Of a DNA stretch of 64,000 nucleotides, positions 54,398 through 64,000 are shown in pieces. A program made the translations under genes and the position numbers. The stretch's first letter is position 1. Every line of letters begins with the position of its first letter. Source of the DNA: Calditrichia bacterium (GTDB taxonomy: Bacteria > Calditrichota > Calditrichia > JAJRVZ01); NCBI GenBank assembly GCA_963796965.1, contig CAWCNS010000011.1, positions 544,001-608,000 on the forward strand, read 5' to 3'. Below the pieces are notes generated by a model, which saw only the letters and a program-made list of their open reading frames with translations, was not told the origin of the DNA and did not search any database.

Positions 54398-55988
54398 TGT
54401 GGATCTCCTGCTCTTCCTCTTCCGCTACTTCATTAAGAATTAATCGTATCCCCTCCATTGCTTCTTTGGCATAAAGATCATCATCTCCACGCTGTCTTCT
54501 CACCCGCTCCCGGTAATAATGGAGGGCTTTATCCCTATCCCCGGCTAATCTATGGATGGCACCGATATAGAGATAGGCATCGGGATAGTCATTCAAATCT
54601 ATCGCTTTGTTAAAAAGGTCCTTGGCCCGGTCATATTCTTTTAAGTGGAAATAACAAATACCGAGATTGTAGTTATGGAGTGCTGAATTTTCTGAGAGGA
54701 TAACCAATTTTTCGAATATCTGAACCGCTTCTCTTGTATATTTTGACTGCAATAGGATTTTACCTAAAAGAGCCAATATCTTCTCATTATTTGGATTTAA
54801 TCTAGTAAAGTTTTGAAGATATTCTATAGATTTTATTGTTTTAGGATTAGTTGAGGCCGCAGTTCCGGTCGTATAAAGTTCATTGGCATATTCATATACA
54901 GCCTCCCAGTACCCTGGGTCGAGTTTCACGGCGTTCAACAATACCTCATCCCGGGTTTTAAATCCCCTTTCTTCATACCGGCTTGGATGAAGGAAACTGA
55001 GATAGTAATAAATACGGGCGTTATATCTATCCTGGGTGATCGCCTTTTCCAGACATATGGCTGCCATTTCATAATTTTTGATCTGTTGATACATTCTGGC
55101 CAGAATGATATTCAGATCAGCGGTGTCTTGTCCTTCTCTGCTATACGGAATAATCAAATTATAAAGTTTCCGAAACCAGGGGTTGGAGAATTGTGTATCC
55201 TTCATTGTTGGCCATACTTTATCCTCATTCTCCTCAATACCTTTATCAAGATAAGCCCGGGCTAATAATGCGACCTGATGAGAATCCGGCTCTAATCCCA
55301 TCTCAATTACCTGATCGAATTCGTCATCCAATAAGAGTAGTGAGACCTGAGCACTCATTGCCACTTGCTCATCTGTAAGAGCAGCTGCTTTGATCCAGTT
55401 CTTGCTCAGCAGATCAGTATTCTGAGACAGCCATTGCACAATACTCTGCGTGGCCTGGTGATATGAAGAAGCCTGAATATTTATATTATCCCGGCTATTT
55501 GATTGTATTACCTCTACGTCAAGGTTCAAATCGTCATTTTTCTTATTCACTTTTCCAGAAATGACCATACCCATATCTAATTTTTCAGCAAGTATGAGGC
55601 GGTATGAGCGATCTGATAGAGAATCTTTATTTGACGTTTGATAATACCATTCCCAGGGATGATTTGTGTAGTTTTTATTTAGTTGTCCGCTTAATTGACG
55701 TTGCAAAGCAGCAGAAATAGAATAGTCCAGGACATTCTCATTTTCAAAGGGCAGTATTAGAACCCGATCCGGGAGACCAGGAGGACGGAGCACAAACCAC
55801 AGGATGGCATAAATACCCAGCAGAAAAACATTGGCTTTACTTGCTTTTCTTATATACTCGTGTTTGGTAAATAATTTTGAGCTTTTGTAAAGATAGCGTA
55901 GGGCAAGATTGATAACCACCAGCAAAAAGAGCAGGAGTAGTACACCTCCTGGCACCTCACCGGATATGAAATGTAAGAAATCTCGCAT
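54372..55988 (-). CDS. membrane-anchored tetratricopeptide-repeat protein
   Basis: Two N-terminal TM helices; TPR-like units (YNLGICYFHLKEYDRAKDLFNKAI, AYLYIGAIH). Confidence 0.8.
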   Translation of the reverse strand: MRDFLHFISGEVPGGVLLLLFLLVVINLALRYLYKSSKLFTKHEYIRKASKANVFLLGIYAILWFVLRPPGLPDRVLILPFENENVLDYSISAALQRQLSGQLNKNYTNHPWEWYYQTSNKDSLSDRSYRLILAEKLDMGMVISGKVNKKNDDLNLDVEVIQSNSRDNINIQASSYHQATQSIVQWLSQNTDLLSKNWIKAAALTDEQVAMSAQVSLLLLDDEFDQVIEMGLEPDSHQVALLARAYLDKGIEENEDKVWPTMKDTQFSNPWFRKLYNLIIPYSREGQDTADLNIILARMYQQIKNYEMAAICLEKAITQDRYNARIYYYLSFLHPSRYEERGFKTRDEVLLNAVKLDPGYWEAVYEYANELYTTGTAASTNPKTIKSIEYLQNFTRLNPNNEKILALLGKILLQSKYTREAVQIFEKLVILSENSALHNYNLGICYFHLKEYDRAKDLFNKAIDLNDYPDAYLYIGAIHRLAGDRDKALHYYRERVRRQRGDDDLYAKEAMEGIRLILNEVAEEEEQEIHNEPAADKN

Positions 55989-56077
55989 AAATGATCAGGT
56001 TCTCTAAATTGTTCTAAGTAAATCTAAGGTTAACAGGATGATGACCGGATATTAATCTGTTACATTAATTATGTTTG

Positions 56078-56185
56078 CATAAAGACACAAAGACGCAAAG
56101 AAATCAAATAAAAAGATAAATTATCTACTATCCCAATATTGATAAACATCTCTTATTTTTTATTGGCTTTCTAAGCGTCTTTGTA
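56078..56185. repeat. 8-mer-period inverted-repeat element (CGCAAAGA family)
   Basis: cataaagacacaaagacgcaaag ... ctaagcgtctttgta. Confidence 0.6.
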
Positions 56186-56220
56186 TAAAATAAATATTCC
56201 AGATCCATCAGATATAATAA

Positions 56221-58239
56221 TCAGGCTTGGCTATCGTCTTTCTTATCTCCGGTCGGCTTACTGCTTCGCCGGGTTCTTTTTTTCTTTTCAGCCGGCTCTT
56301 TTTTCTCTGCCTTTGGCGATAATTTTTCACCATTCAATACCTTGTCGATCTGTTCACCATCAAGAATTTCATAGTCCAATAAAGCTGCTGATAAATCATG
56401 TAACTTCTTAAGATTAGCACTCAAAAGATTTTCAGCCGTCTTTTGTGCAGCGTTAATTATCAGGCGAACTTCTTTATCAATTTCCATTGCAGTCGCTTCA
56501 CTGTAATCTCTATGTTGAGAGATTTCTCTCCCCAGAAAAATCTCCTCTTCTTTTTTTCCAAAGGTAACGGGACCAAGTTTTTCACTCATCCCCCATTCGC
56601 AAACCATTTTGCGGGCAATTTCGGTAGCCCTTTCAATATCATTGCCGGCACCTGTCGTAAATTGATTAAGAACAATCTTTTCTGCTGCCCTTCCTCCGAG
56701 CAGTTGGGCCAACATAGAAATTAGATAACTCCTGGAATAATTATGTTTTTCATCAATGGGAAGATATGAGGTCACACCCAAAGCCCGTCCCCGTGGGAAT
56801 AATCGTGACTTTATGAACGGGATCGGTATCAGGTAACAAGCGTGAAACTAATACATGCCCGGATTCATGATAAGCGGTGCTTTTCTTTTCATCTTCGCTA
56901 ATAATCAGCGATTTGCGTTCCATTCCCATCATAACTTTATCTTTTGCTTCTTCAAAATCATCCATGACAACTTTATCACGATTTTTTCTGGCTGCAAGAA
57001 GAGCCGCCTCATTTACCAGATTTGCCAGATCTGCACCGGAAAATCCGGGTGTCCCTTTTGCCAATACTTCCAAATTAATATCTTTAGCCAGAGGAATTTT
57101 TTTTGTATGAACCTTTAAGAATTCCTTCCCGACCTCGCACATCAGGCCGATCAACAACAATTTGACGATCAAATCTTCCCGGTCGCAAAAGGGCTGAATC
57201 AAGCACATCCGGGCGGTTTGTTGCGGCTATCAGGATGACACCTTCTTTTGTATCAAATCCATCCATTTCAACCAACAATTGATTGAGCGTTTGTTCGCGC
57301 TCATCATGACCACCACCTAGACCGGCACCGCGATGCCTGCCAACGGCATCCATTTCATCAATAAAAATGATACAGGGTGCATGTTTTCGGCCTGTTTCAA
57401 ACAGATCCCGAACACGGCTGGCACCAACACCAACAAACATTTCGACAAAATCAGCACCACTCATACTGAAAGGAAAGGAACTCCTGCTTCGCCGGCTACT
57501 GCTTTAGCCAAGAATGTTTTACCCGTTCCCGGAGGTCCCAAGAAGCAGAGCACCTTTTGGAATTTTACCGCCCAATCTTTGAAATTTTGCAGGATCCTTT
57601 AAAAATTCAATAATTTCCTGCAATTCCTGTTTGGCTTCATCTGCACCCGGCCACATCGGCAAAAGTAACTTTCGTTTTATCCTCGGTCACCATTTTTGCA
57701 CGACTTTTCCCAAATGAGAAGATCCCTTTGGTACCGCCCCCCCCTTGCATCCGGCGGGCGATAAATATCCACACCACCAAAATCAAGGATCCAGGGTAAA
57801 GAATTTACAAGGATAACCGTCCATTCACTGGAAGGCGCTACTAAATTGAATTTTTACTCCACGTTCCTCCCACTCTTTCACCATTTCATCATCGACAAAT
57901 GGAAGCACCGTTTTAAACCGGTTTATTGGCTTAGTATTATCTCCAAGTCTGGAAATGCGGTTCTTTGGTCACTCCAATTAATATATTATCTTTGACAATA
58001 ACCTCACCCGATTTGCATATTATCGTCTTTAAGAATTCTCATATATTCAGAATAGGAAATTTGTACCGCACCTTCTTCTCCGCTGGGCCAGAGCGTGCTA
58101 AAAAATATAGCGGCCACGAGGATAGCTATCCAGATCAGACCGGTTTTTGAGGCTTTTTTCCACTGAAATTCATCATCTTCCGTTTTTTGCGGTTTGGATC
58201 CTGATTAGATCGATTATTATCATTCTTATTTTCCTGCAT
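56221..58239 (-). CDS. ftsH: ATP-dependent zinc metalloprotease FtsH (several indels)
   Basis: [73 protein letters not shown] distributed over consecutive frames; ATG 58239. Confidence 0.96.
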
Positions 58240-58264
58240 GTACAGACCTTTCCATATTATTTAC

Positions 58265-58823
58265 TCATTCATTACCAACTACATAAATTGCCCGAAGATT
58301 CCTTTTAATTTGTCGATCATCAAGTCCATAGCCGATAACATATTTATCATCTATATCAAATCCTATAAAATCTATTGGCACATCTATTTTTATACGTTCT
58401 TTTTTTCGTAGTAAGGTGGCCACCTTTAATGAGGCTGGCTCAAAAGCCGATAGCATTTTAATTAAAAATTGCACAGACAAACCGGAATCAACTATATCTT
58501 CGACAACAACCACATGCCTTCCTTTAATATCTGCACTTAAAGGTTTTAATACTTTAATATGGCCACTTGATTCCTTCTCATCGCCATAACTTGAAATTCT
58601 TAAAAAATCGATTTCACAATCAAGATTAATATAGCGTATCAGATCTGCCAGAAATATAAATCCACCATTTAAAACACCAATTAAAATGGGAATACTTCCT
58701 TTATACATTTCAGTCATTTCATTCCCAAGACTAACCAGACGTTCATGGATTTGTTCCTCACTGAATCAGAACCGAATAACTGTTATCTAAAAGTATTTCT
58801 TGATCGTTTTTTATTAAACTCAT
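58265..58823 (-). CDS. hpt: hypoxanthine phosphoribosyltransferase (indel near 58765)
   Basis: GVLNGGFIFLADL, VVEDIVDSGL, VIGYGLD; ATG 58823 overlaps the tilS stop. Confidence 0.95.
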
Positions 58824-60185
58824 GTCGTTTTCTTTAATTCCAATTTATAGAATAATTTTGTATCAGCCGTTATTTTAAAATTATCATCAAGTCTGTAACC
58901 AGCAATCCAGATAATCCGATCATTATTGCAAACAATAGGAATTTCTTTTTTCAAAGATATATCTAATTTTAAATCAATAAAAAAATCACTCAATTTTTTG
59001 CGATGATTCATTCCCAATGGTTGAAAATAGTCACCTTTCTGCCAAAAGCGAACAGATAATTGACTGCCACTCTTTTCACCATCAATAAATTCAACATTTT
59101 GGTTATGACGCATCATAACGTCGGCAGCTGTCACCTTCATTACAGTTAAAATGAAATGATCATCGACCTTGACTGGCAGTTTTAGCCCAGTGCATATGAG
59201 TCTGGTCTGATTCTCTGGAATATCGCCAAACAAAATTTGATTCCGTTCTGCGATGGCCATTCCATCATTCAAAAAAGTAATTTTTTTACCCGATTGTGCC
59301 TTTTCGACAAATTCATTCCAGATAATAATAATTTCTATCTGAAACTTTGTAATTTACAGGATAGAGATTTGAAATACAATATTCTATCAATCCCCGTCTT
59401 ATGACCTCATTATAGTTCATGATAAGTTTTTCGGTTTAACAAAATTATTTTACCTGATCTTTTTACGGATAATTTAATCGCTTCCTTTAATTTTTCTTCA
59501 AAAAGATCATTAAACAAGGTCAGATTATGAATGACCTGGATAATATTATGATCGAGATTTTCATCCAGATTATTTTTGAGATAGGGAATAATCTTATGAC
59601 GAAACAAATTCCGTTGAATTGAAAGATCAGAATTGCTTGAATCATCACTATACTTTATTCCCTTTTTACGGGCGTAGGATGTCAATCTCTGACCTGGAAA
59701 AACACAAGATCGGTCTGATAAATCCTGGGCGGGAAGGACGTATTGCCATTAACCCTCTAAGACGAGATCCCTTTGCCAAGCGCATGAGAAAAGTTTCAAT
59801 ATTATCATCACGATTATGGCCGGTTGCAACAACTGCTTTTTTATCGGCGTTGAGAACTGTATGGAAAAAATTATACCGCTCTTCGCGCAAGGAGGTTTCA
59901 GTATATTTCTTCCTATTTTTCTTTAATTCTCCCAGACGTATATCCAGACCATATTGATTCGGCAAGGTCTTTAACAAATGCCTCATCCCGATCACTTTCT
60001 CTGCCTCTTGTCTTATGATTAAAATGCAAAACATGGATTGACACACCGAAGTCATTTTTAAGATGGTTAAGCAGGTTTAATAACACACACGAGTCAATAC
60101 CACCAGAAACAGCAACATAGACTGTATTTATTTCCGCCGGAAGCAGATTATTGGAATGGATAAATTTTTTAATTTTCTCAATCAT
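58820..60185 (-). CDS. tilS: tRNA(Ile)-lysidine synthetase (several indels)
   Basis: VAVSGGIDS, HFNH..RG.ESD.D, TGHNRDDNIET, IRPIL, DSSN..RN..RH, GDYFQPLGM..KKLSDFFID. Confidence 0.95.
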
Positions 60186-60230
60186 TGAAGAGATTTAAAG
60201 GAGAGAGGTAAAAAGAATTATAAAACTATG

Positions 60231-60304
60231 TAGCGGCGCAGGGATTCGAACCCCGGACACGTGGATTATGATTCCACTGCTCTAACCAACTGAGCTACGC
60301 CGCC
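60231..60304 (-). tRNA. tRNA-Met(CAT), probably elongator; CCA not encoded
   Basis: GGCGGCGTAGCTCAGTTGGTTAGAGCAGTGGAATCATAATCCACGTGTCCGGGGTTCGAATCCCTGCGCCGCTA folds as a cloverleaf with anticodon CAT. Confidence 0.93.
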
Positions 60305-60350
60305 ATTAAAAAAAGGTGGCAGAAGAATCTCTCACCACCCTATATTTTAG

Positions 60351-60424
<74 letters not shown>

Positions 60425-60436
60425 ATTCAGTCTGAC

Positions 60437-60465
60437 AATATAACAAATTTAGTTTTTGAAGTCAA
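60437..60465 (-). promoter_or_regulatory. sigma70-like promoter for the tRNA pair
   Basis: TTGACT (60465-60460), 17 nt, TATATT (60442-60437) with an extended TG, just upstream of tRNA-fMet. Confidence 0.6.
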
Positions 60466-61492
60466 CATACTCCTGGAGTTTATTCTTGAACTTTTCCAAA
60501 TTGGTGAGCATCCCTATTCTTCTTAGGCCAACCACCTTAATTTCTCCCAAATAGGATGCATCGACCCGCACCAAATCCTTTTCCGTTGTAATCAAATATT
60601 CCGATTGATTTCTTTTTATTTCTTCAACTAAACAAAGGTAGTCTGCTTCGGAATAAAAATGATGATCAGGAAATGTAAGAAATTTATCCACATGAATATG
60701 ATTCAATTCTAAGGTCTTCTGAAATTGCTCTGGATTTGCAATGGCTGCAAAAGCAACACAGCGCTTCCCTTTAAGAATGGAAAGACCACCAATTGGGTTC
60801 AGATCGGTATCAACAATACTCTCAACCTTAAATAAGCAACTGAATTCATTTTCTAATTCTACATTTATATTATCTTGAACCGCATTCCCTTCCGATCCTG
60901 TAAAAACCAGAATATTTGCGCGGCGGAGATGTTTTAGATGCTCTCGCAAGTTCCCCAGAGGCAATATCTTTTCCATATCAATATTCTTTTGGGAATTTAT
61001 TAATACAATATCACAGTCTCTGTGCACATGACGGTGTTGGAAGGCATCATCTAAGAGAATTATTTTTGCACCATAATTATTCACAGCCGTTTCAACTCCA
61101 ATGGCTCTTTTTTCTGAAACGATGACGGGTACCCCAGGATATTTTTTAGCAATTAAATAGGGTTCATCACCACTTTCCTCAACCGGAAGTAGGATTTGCT
61201 TGTCATCGGAAACAATTTGTATACCCTTACTTTTCCGACCATACCCCCTGCTTACAACCACAATTCTTGGGAAATACGGTGAAAGTAATTCAATCAGCAA
61301 CATGGTAAAAGGTGTTTTTCCTGTCCCACCGGCGGTAATATTTCCAACACTTACTACCGGAACTGAGCATATTGATTGTTTAAAGATTCCTTTATCAAAC
61401 AACCAATTTCGGAAATCTGTAATCATTCCATAAATGATTGATAAGGGATATAGAAGAATTTTTATAAATATATTTCTTCGCAGATCTTGCAT
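60449..61492 (-). CDS. lpxK: tetraacyldisaccharide 4'-kinase
   Basis: SVGNITAGGTGKTP, SRGYGR, GDEP, LDDAFQH, LPLGNLRE, FPDHH, TTEKD. Confidence 0.97.
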   Translation of the reverse strand: MQDLRRNIFIKILLYPLSIIYGMITDFRNWLFDKGIFKQSICSVPVVSVGNITAGGTGKTPFTMLLIELLSPYFPRIVVVSRGYGRKSKGIQIVSDDKQILLPVEESGDEPYLIAKKYPGVPVIVSEKRAIGVETAVNNYGAKIILLDDAFQHRHVHRDCDIVLINSQKNIDMEKILPLGNLREHLKHLRRANILVFTGSEGNAVQDNINVELENEFSCLFKVESIVDTDLNPIGGLSILKGKRCVAFAAIANPEQFQKTLELNHIHVDKFLTFPDHHFYSEADYLCLVEEIKRNQSEYLITTEKDLVRVDASYLGEIKVVGLRRIGMLTNLEKFKNKLQEYVDFKN

Positions 61493-61554
61493 GCTATTTG
61501 ATTACCCTGAAATACTCATCTTGTGAAGAGCTTTTAATCAACAAAACAAATGGG

Positions 61555-61651
61555 TCCACGAAATACACGAATTTTTACTATATAGAAATTGGATAATTGC
61601 ATACTAATACTAGTACAAGAATATTTCGTGTTAATTATTGTAATTCGTGGA
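61555..61651. repeat. 9-mer-period inverted-repeat element, copy 4
   Basis: tccacgaaatacacgaatt ... tttcgtgttaattattgtaattcgtgga. Confidence 0.8.
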
Positions 61652-61657
61652 TTTAAA

Positions 61658-63121
61658 TTATCCTGTCTTACCAAAGAATCTTCTCAGAACCACCTTCTCA
61701 TCCTCCTTAAACAATCCAAGAATGGGAATAAGAAAAGGCATGCCTGCAATTAAAATAAATCTGATTAGGACACCAGGATTTACGGTATAATAAAAAATCA
61801 ATGCCGTAACCAAATAAGTCAGTATCCAGAACATACGTCCATATTCATACTTAATTCTGTACAATTTCTGATTCGCTATGAAAATTGATATCATCATTAC
61901 AAAATAGGCAAAGAATGCAGCAAAAGCGGCACCCATCATCCCGAAAGCCGGCATGAGGTAGAAATTACTGGAAATATTGCATACAGCAGCTAATCCAGTA
62001 AAAATAATCATCCATTCGCTTTTATTCTTAATATAAACACCTACCGTAAGGTTTACATATATGCCATAAAGAAAATAAGCGAGGAGAATGATGGGAATTA
62101 TTTGAATGCCACCCCAATAGGCCTCGCCTAAGAGGGTTTTACCTGGGGCAACAGGCATCTGTACAATATATTCGATAACCATTGTCACACTCAATACCAC
62201 AAAACTACCAACAAAAACAAAATAGGTCATAACCCGGCTGTATATTTCTCTATTATCTTTCTCTTTTGCGATTTTAAGAAAAAATGGTTGCCAGGCTGTA
62301 CGAAATGCCGTAACTAATAGAAGCATAATTGTTCCTAATTTGTGATTTGCTGTATACTCCCCTAATATGTCTTTGTTTAAAAGTCTGGGCATCAAATAAC
62401 GATCGCTAATTTCTACCATCATAAATGCAAGGCTGTTGGGAACCATCGGCAACCCAAATCGGATCAGACTACGAATAGCCGCCCAGGAAAATTCCCCTTT
62501 TAAATATTTAAATTGAAATGGTACAAGCACAATCAAGTTTATTGCTGCTGCGATGATGTTAGCGTATAAAATCCCCTTAACACCCATCTTTAGGAAAACA
62601 ATAAATATGATGTTAAAAATCAACTCAAGCAAAAACCTCCCGACTCTAATCACAGTATAAGCGATGGAGCGCTCTTCGGCTCTAAGAATCAGGTAGGGAA
62701 TATTGCACAGCGTATCCAGGAAGAGAATTCCCGCCGCAATTTTTACAAAAAAGTCATATCCGGAGTCATCAAAAATAATGGATCCTAACGGTTCAGCGAA
62801 AAGAAACACCAGGGCCGAACAAAACAATCCGGTAATGGCTAAGAACTGATAGGCCGAGCGATAGATTGTTTCCCGGGGATGCTCTCCCAAAAAATAATAA
62901 CGCAAAAAAGCCGCATCCATACCATATAGATAAAACACATTCATAAAGGCAATAAATGTATAAATGAGGGCGTAGTCACCAAATTCACTTTTTGTGGCCA
63001 GATATGAGGGATCGGTTAAGATAGGCAGGAGAATCAACCCCTGAAGACGTTGAATAAAGGTTGCGATGGTATAGACGGCTGAATGTTTTGTAAGATTTTT
63101 AACCTGATTAAGAATGGACAT
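61658..63121 (-). CDS. polysaccharide flippase (Wzx/MOP superfamily)
   Basis: Many TM helices; LLPILT..EFGDY, YGMDAAFLRYY, SDRY, FRTAWQPFF, GMMGAA. Confidence 0.87.
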   Translation of the reverse strand: MSILNQVKNLTKHSAVYTIATFIQRLQGLILLPILTDPSYLATKSEFGDYALIYTFIAFMNVFYLYGMDAAFLRYYFLGEHPRETIYRSAYQFLAITGLFCSALVFLFAEPLGSIIFDDSGYDFFVKIAAGILFLDTLCNIPYLILRAEERSIAYTVIRVGRFLLELIFNIIFIVFLKMGVKGILYANIIAAAINLIVLVPFQFKYLKGEFSWAAIRSLIRFGLPMVPNSLAFMMVEISDRYLMPRLLNKDILGEYTANHKLGTIMLLLVTAFRTAWQPFFLKIAKEKDNREIYSRVMTYFVFVGSFVVLSVTMVIEYIVQMPVAPGKTLLGEAYWGGIQIIPIILLAYFLYGIYVNLTVGVYIKNKSEWMIIFTGLAAVCNISSNFYLMPAFGMMGAAFAAFFAYFVMMISIFIANQKLYRIKYEYGRMFWILTYLVTALIFYYTVNPGVLIRFILIAGMPFLIPILGLFKEDEKVVLRRFFGKTG

Positions 63122-63184
63122 CAGATTTAGATCCCATGATATTTAAGTAGTAAAGTAATTTGATTCTCGTCATCCGCCATATCG

Positions 63185-63335
63185 TTTTCCACCAATTACA
63201 CTGATTTAGACGAATTTCACTAATTTAATTAATAGAGACTTTAATCCTGAATTGTTGGTAGAATATGAATGCTAATCTCAAAATGACTTAAATTTATTCG
63301 TGTAATTAGTCGTAATTTGTGTAATTCGTGGAAAA
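63185..63335. repeat. 9-mer-period inverted-repeat element, copy 5
   Basis: ttttccaccaattacactgatttagacgaatttcactaatt ... attcgtgtaattagtcgtaatttgtgtaattcgtggaaaa. Confidence 0.85.
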
Positions 63336-63357
63336 ATCATTACGACCTTGTAAAAGA

Positions 63358-63780
63358 TTATCCGAGAGATTTTAACTTTTTAATGGCCAGCACATAACCT
63401 TTTTTACCATGACCTGATATTACAGATTCACATGCCGGAGCCGTAACCGATATCCTGCGGAAGTCCTCCCTCTCATAGATATTGCTTAAATGGACCTCAA
63501 TAACAGGAACCGGACAGGTTTCTAATGCATCATGGATAGCATATGAATAGTGAGCATAGGCGCCCGGGTTAATAACAATACCATTAATCTCTTCTGACTG
63601 CGATTGAATTCTATCAATAATACTACCTTCGTGATTAGATTGGAAAAATTCGAAATCATCATCTTTAAATGATTCCTGAATATAGCCATTTATCTGATCC
63701 AGAGTTTCAGCTCCATATATAGCCGGATTCCGTTTCCCCAATAAGTTTAAATTGGGACCATTAATGATTAAAATTTTCAC
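63358..63780 (-). CDS. aroQ: type II 3-dehydroquinate dehydratase
   Basis: INGPNLNLLGKR.P.IYG, QSNHEG, NPGAYAH, EVHLSNI..RE.FR; GTG start at 63780 after GGAGG. Confidence 0.97.
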   Translation of the reverse strand: MKILIINGPNLNLLGKRNPAIYGAETLDQINGYIQESFKDDDFEFFQSNHEGSIIDRIQSQSEEINGIVINPGAYAHYSYAIHDALETCPVPVIEVHLSNIYEREDFRRISVTAPACESVISGHGKKGYVLAIKKLKSLG

Positions 63781-63781
63781 C

Positions 63782-64000
63782 TTAACCTCCACTCTCCAGA
63801 TCCAATGTCAATCCATCATAAGCAAAATTTACATTTTTCGGCAACGACTTACTTCTCAATTCATGGTCAATTTTATGGCTCATATGAATCAGGTAGGTCC
63901 TCGCAGGTTCTATTTTATCTACTTCTTCCAGAGCCTGTGAAACGGTAAAATGTGTGGGATGAAGATTCTCTCGTAGAGCATCCAATATCAATACATCCAA
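63782..64000 (-). CDS. MBL-fold metallo-hydrolase (PhnP-like), C-terminal part only
   Basis: LILDALR...HPTHF...TYLIHMSH...AYDG. Confidence 0.88.
   Translation of the reverse strand: MDVLILDALRENLHPTHFTVSQALEEVDKIEPARTYLIHMSHKIDHELRSKSLPKNVNFAYDGLTLDLESGG

Noticed and set aside
35267..60185. Programmed frameshifting or pseudogenes in lysS, ftsH, tilS and hpt
   Set aside because: No shared slippery motif; several breaks per gene in essential functions; sequencing indels are the simpler explanation.
60231..60304. Calling this tRNA-Ile2 because it sits beside tilS
   Set aside because: The acceptor stem GGCGGCG lacks the C4/C5 pattern typical of TilS substrates; kept as probable elongator Met.

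Overview
AT-rich bacterial chromosomal segment. The gene content (lpxK, lolCE/D, PorV- and PorU-like proteins, several proteins ending in a YPNP/FlgD-type C-terminal sorting domain) points to an FCB-group-related Gram-negative, most plausibly Calditrichota; this is inferred from protein style, not from a search. Every credible gene lies on the minus strand. Housekeeping blocks: dapF; rplS-trmD-rimM-khpA-rpsP-ffh-rsmB; accA; purE; recG-lolD-lolC/E-lysS-prfB; cdaA-folP-ftsH-hpt-tilS-2 tRNA-Met-lpxK-aroQ. Three envelope blocks are interleaved. (i) porV, a catalytically degenerate M6-like cargo protein, a zincin/PD40/Omp85-like protein and two DUF5683-like paralogs. (ii) A glycosylation cluster with a DUF2723/TMEM260-like transferase, a DPM1-like synthase and rhamnose-type enzymes. 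(iii) A 38.3-51.5 kb T9SS-like module: large secreted protein, C25/PorU-like peptidase, second PorV-family barrel, FN3 lipoprotein, mini-Wza/SLBB protein, and two tandem beta-barrel+coiled-coil paralogs. Many genes, including essential ones, are split by single-base indels, most likely long-read consensus errors; prfB carries the genuine programmed +1 frameshift. Intergenic spaces hold several families of short-period (7-, 8-, 9-nt) direct/inverted repeats, one locus nested three deep. No CRISPR array, rRNA or transposase was seen.
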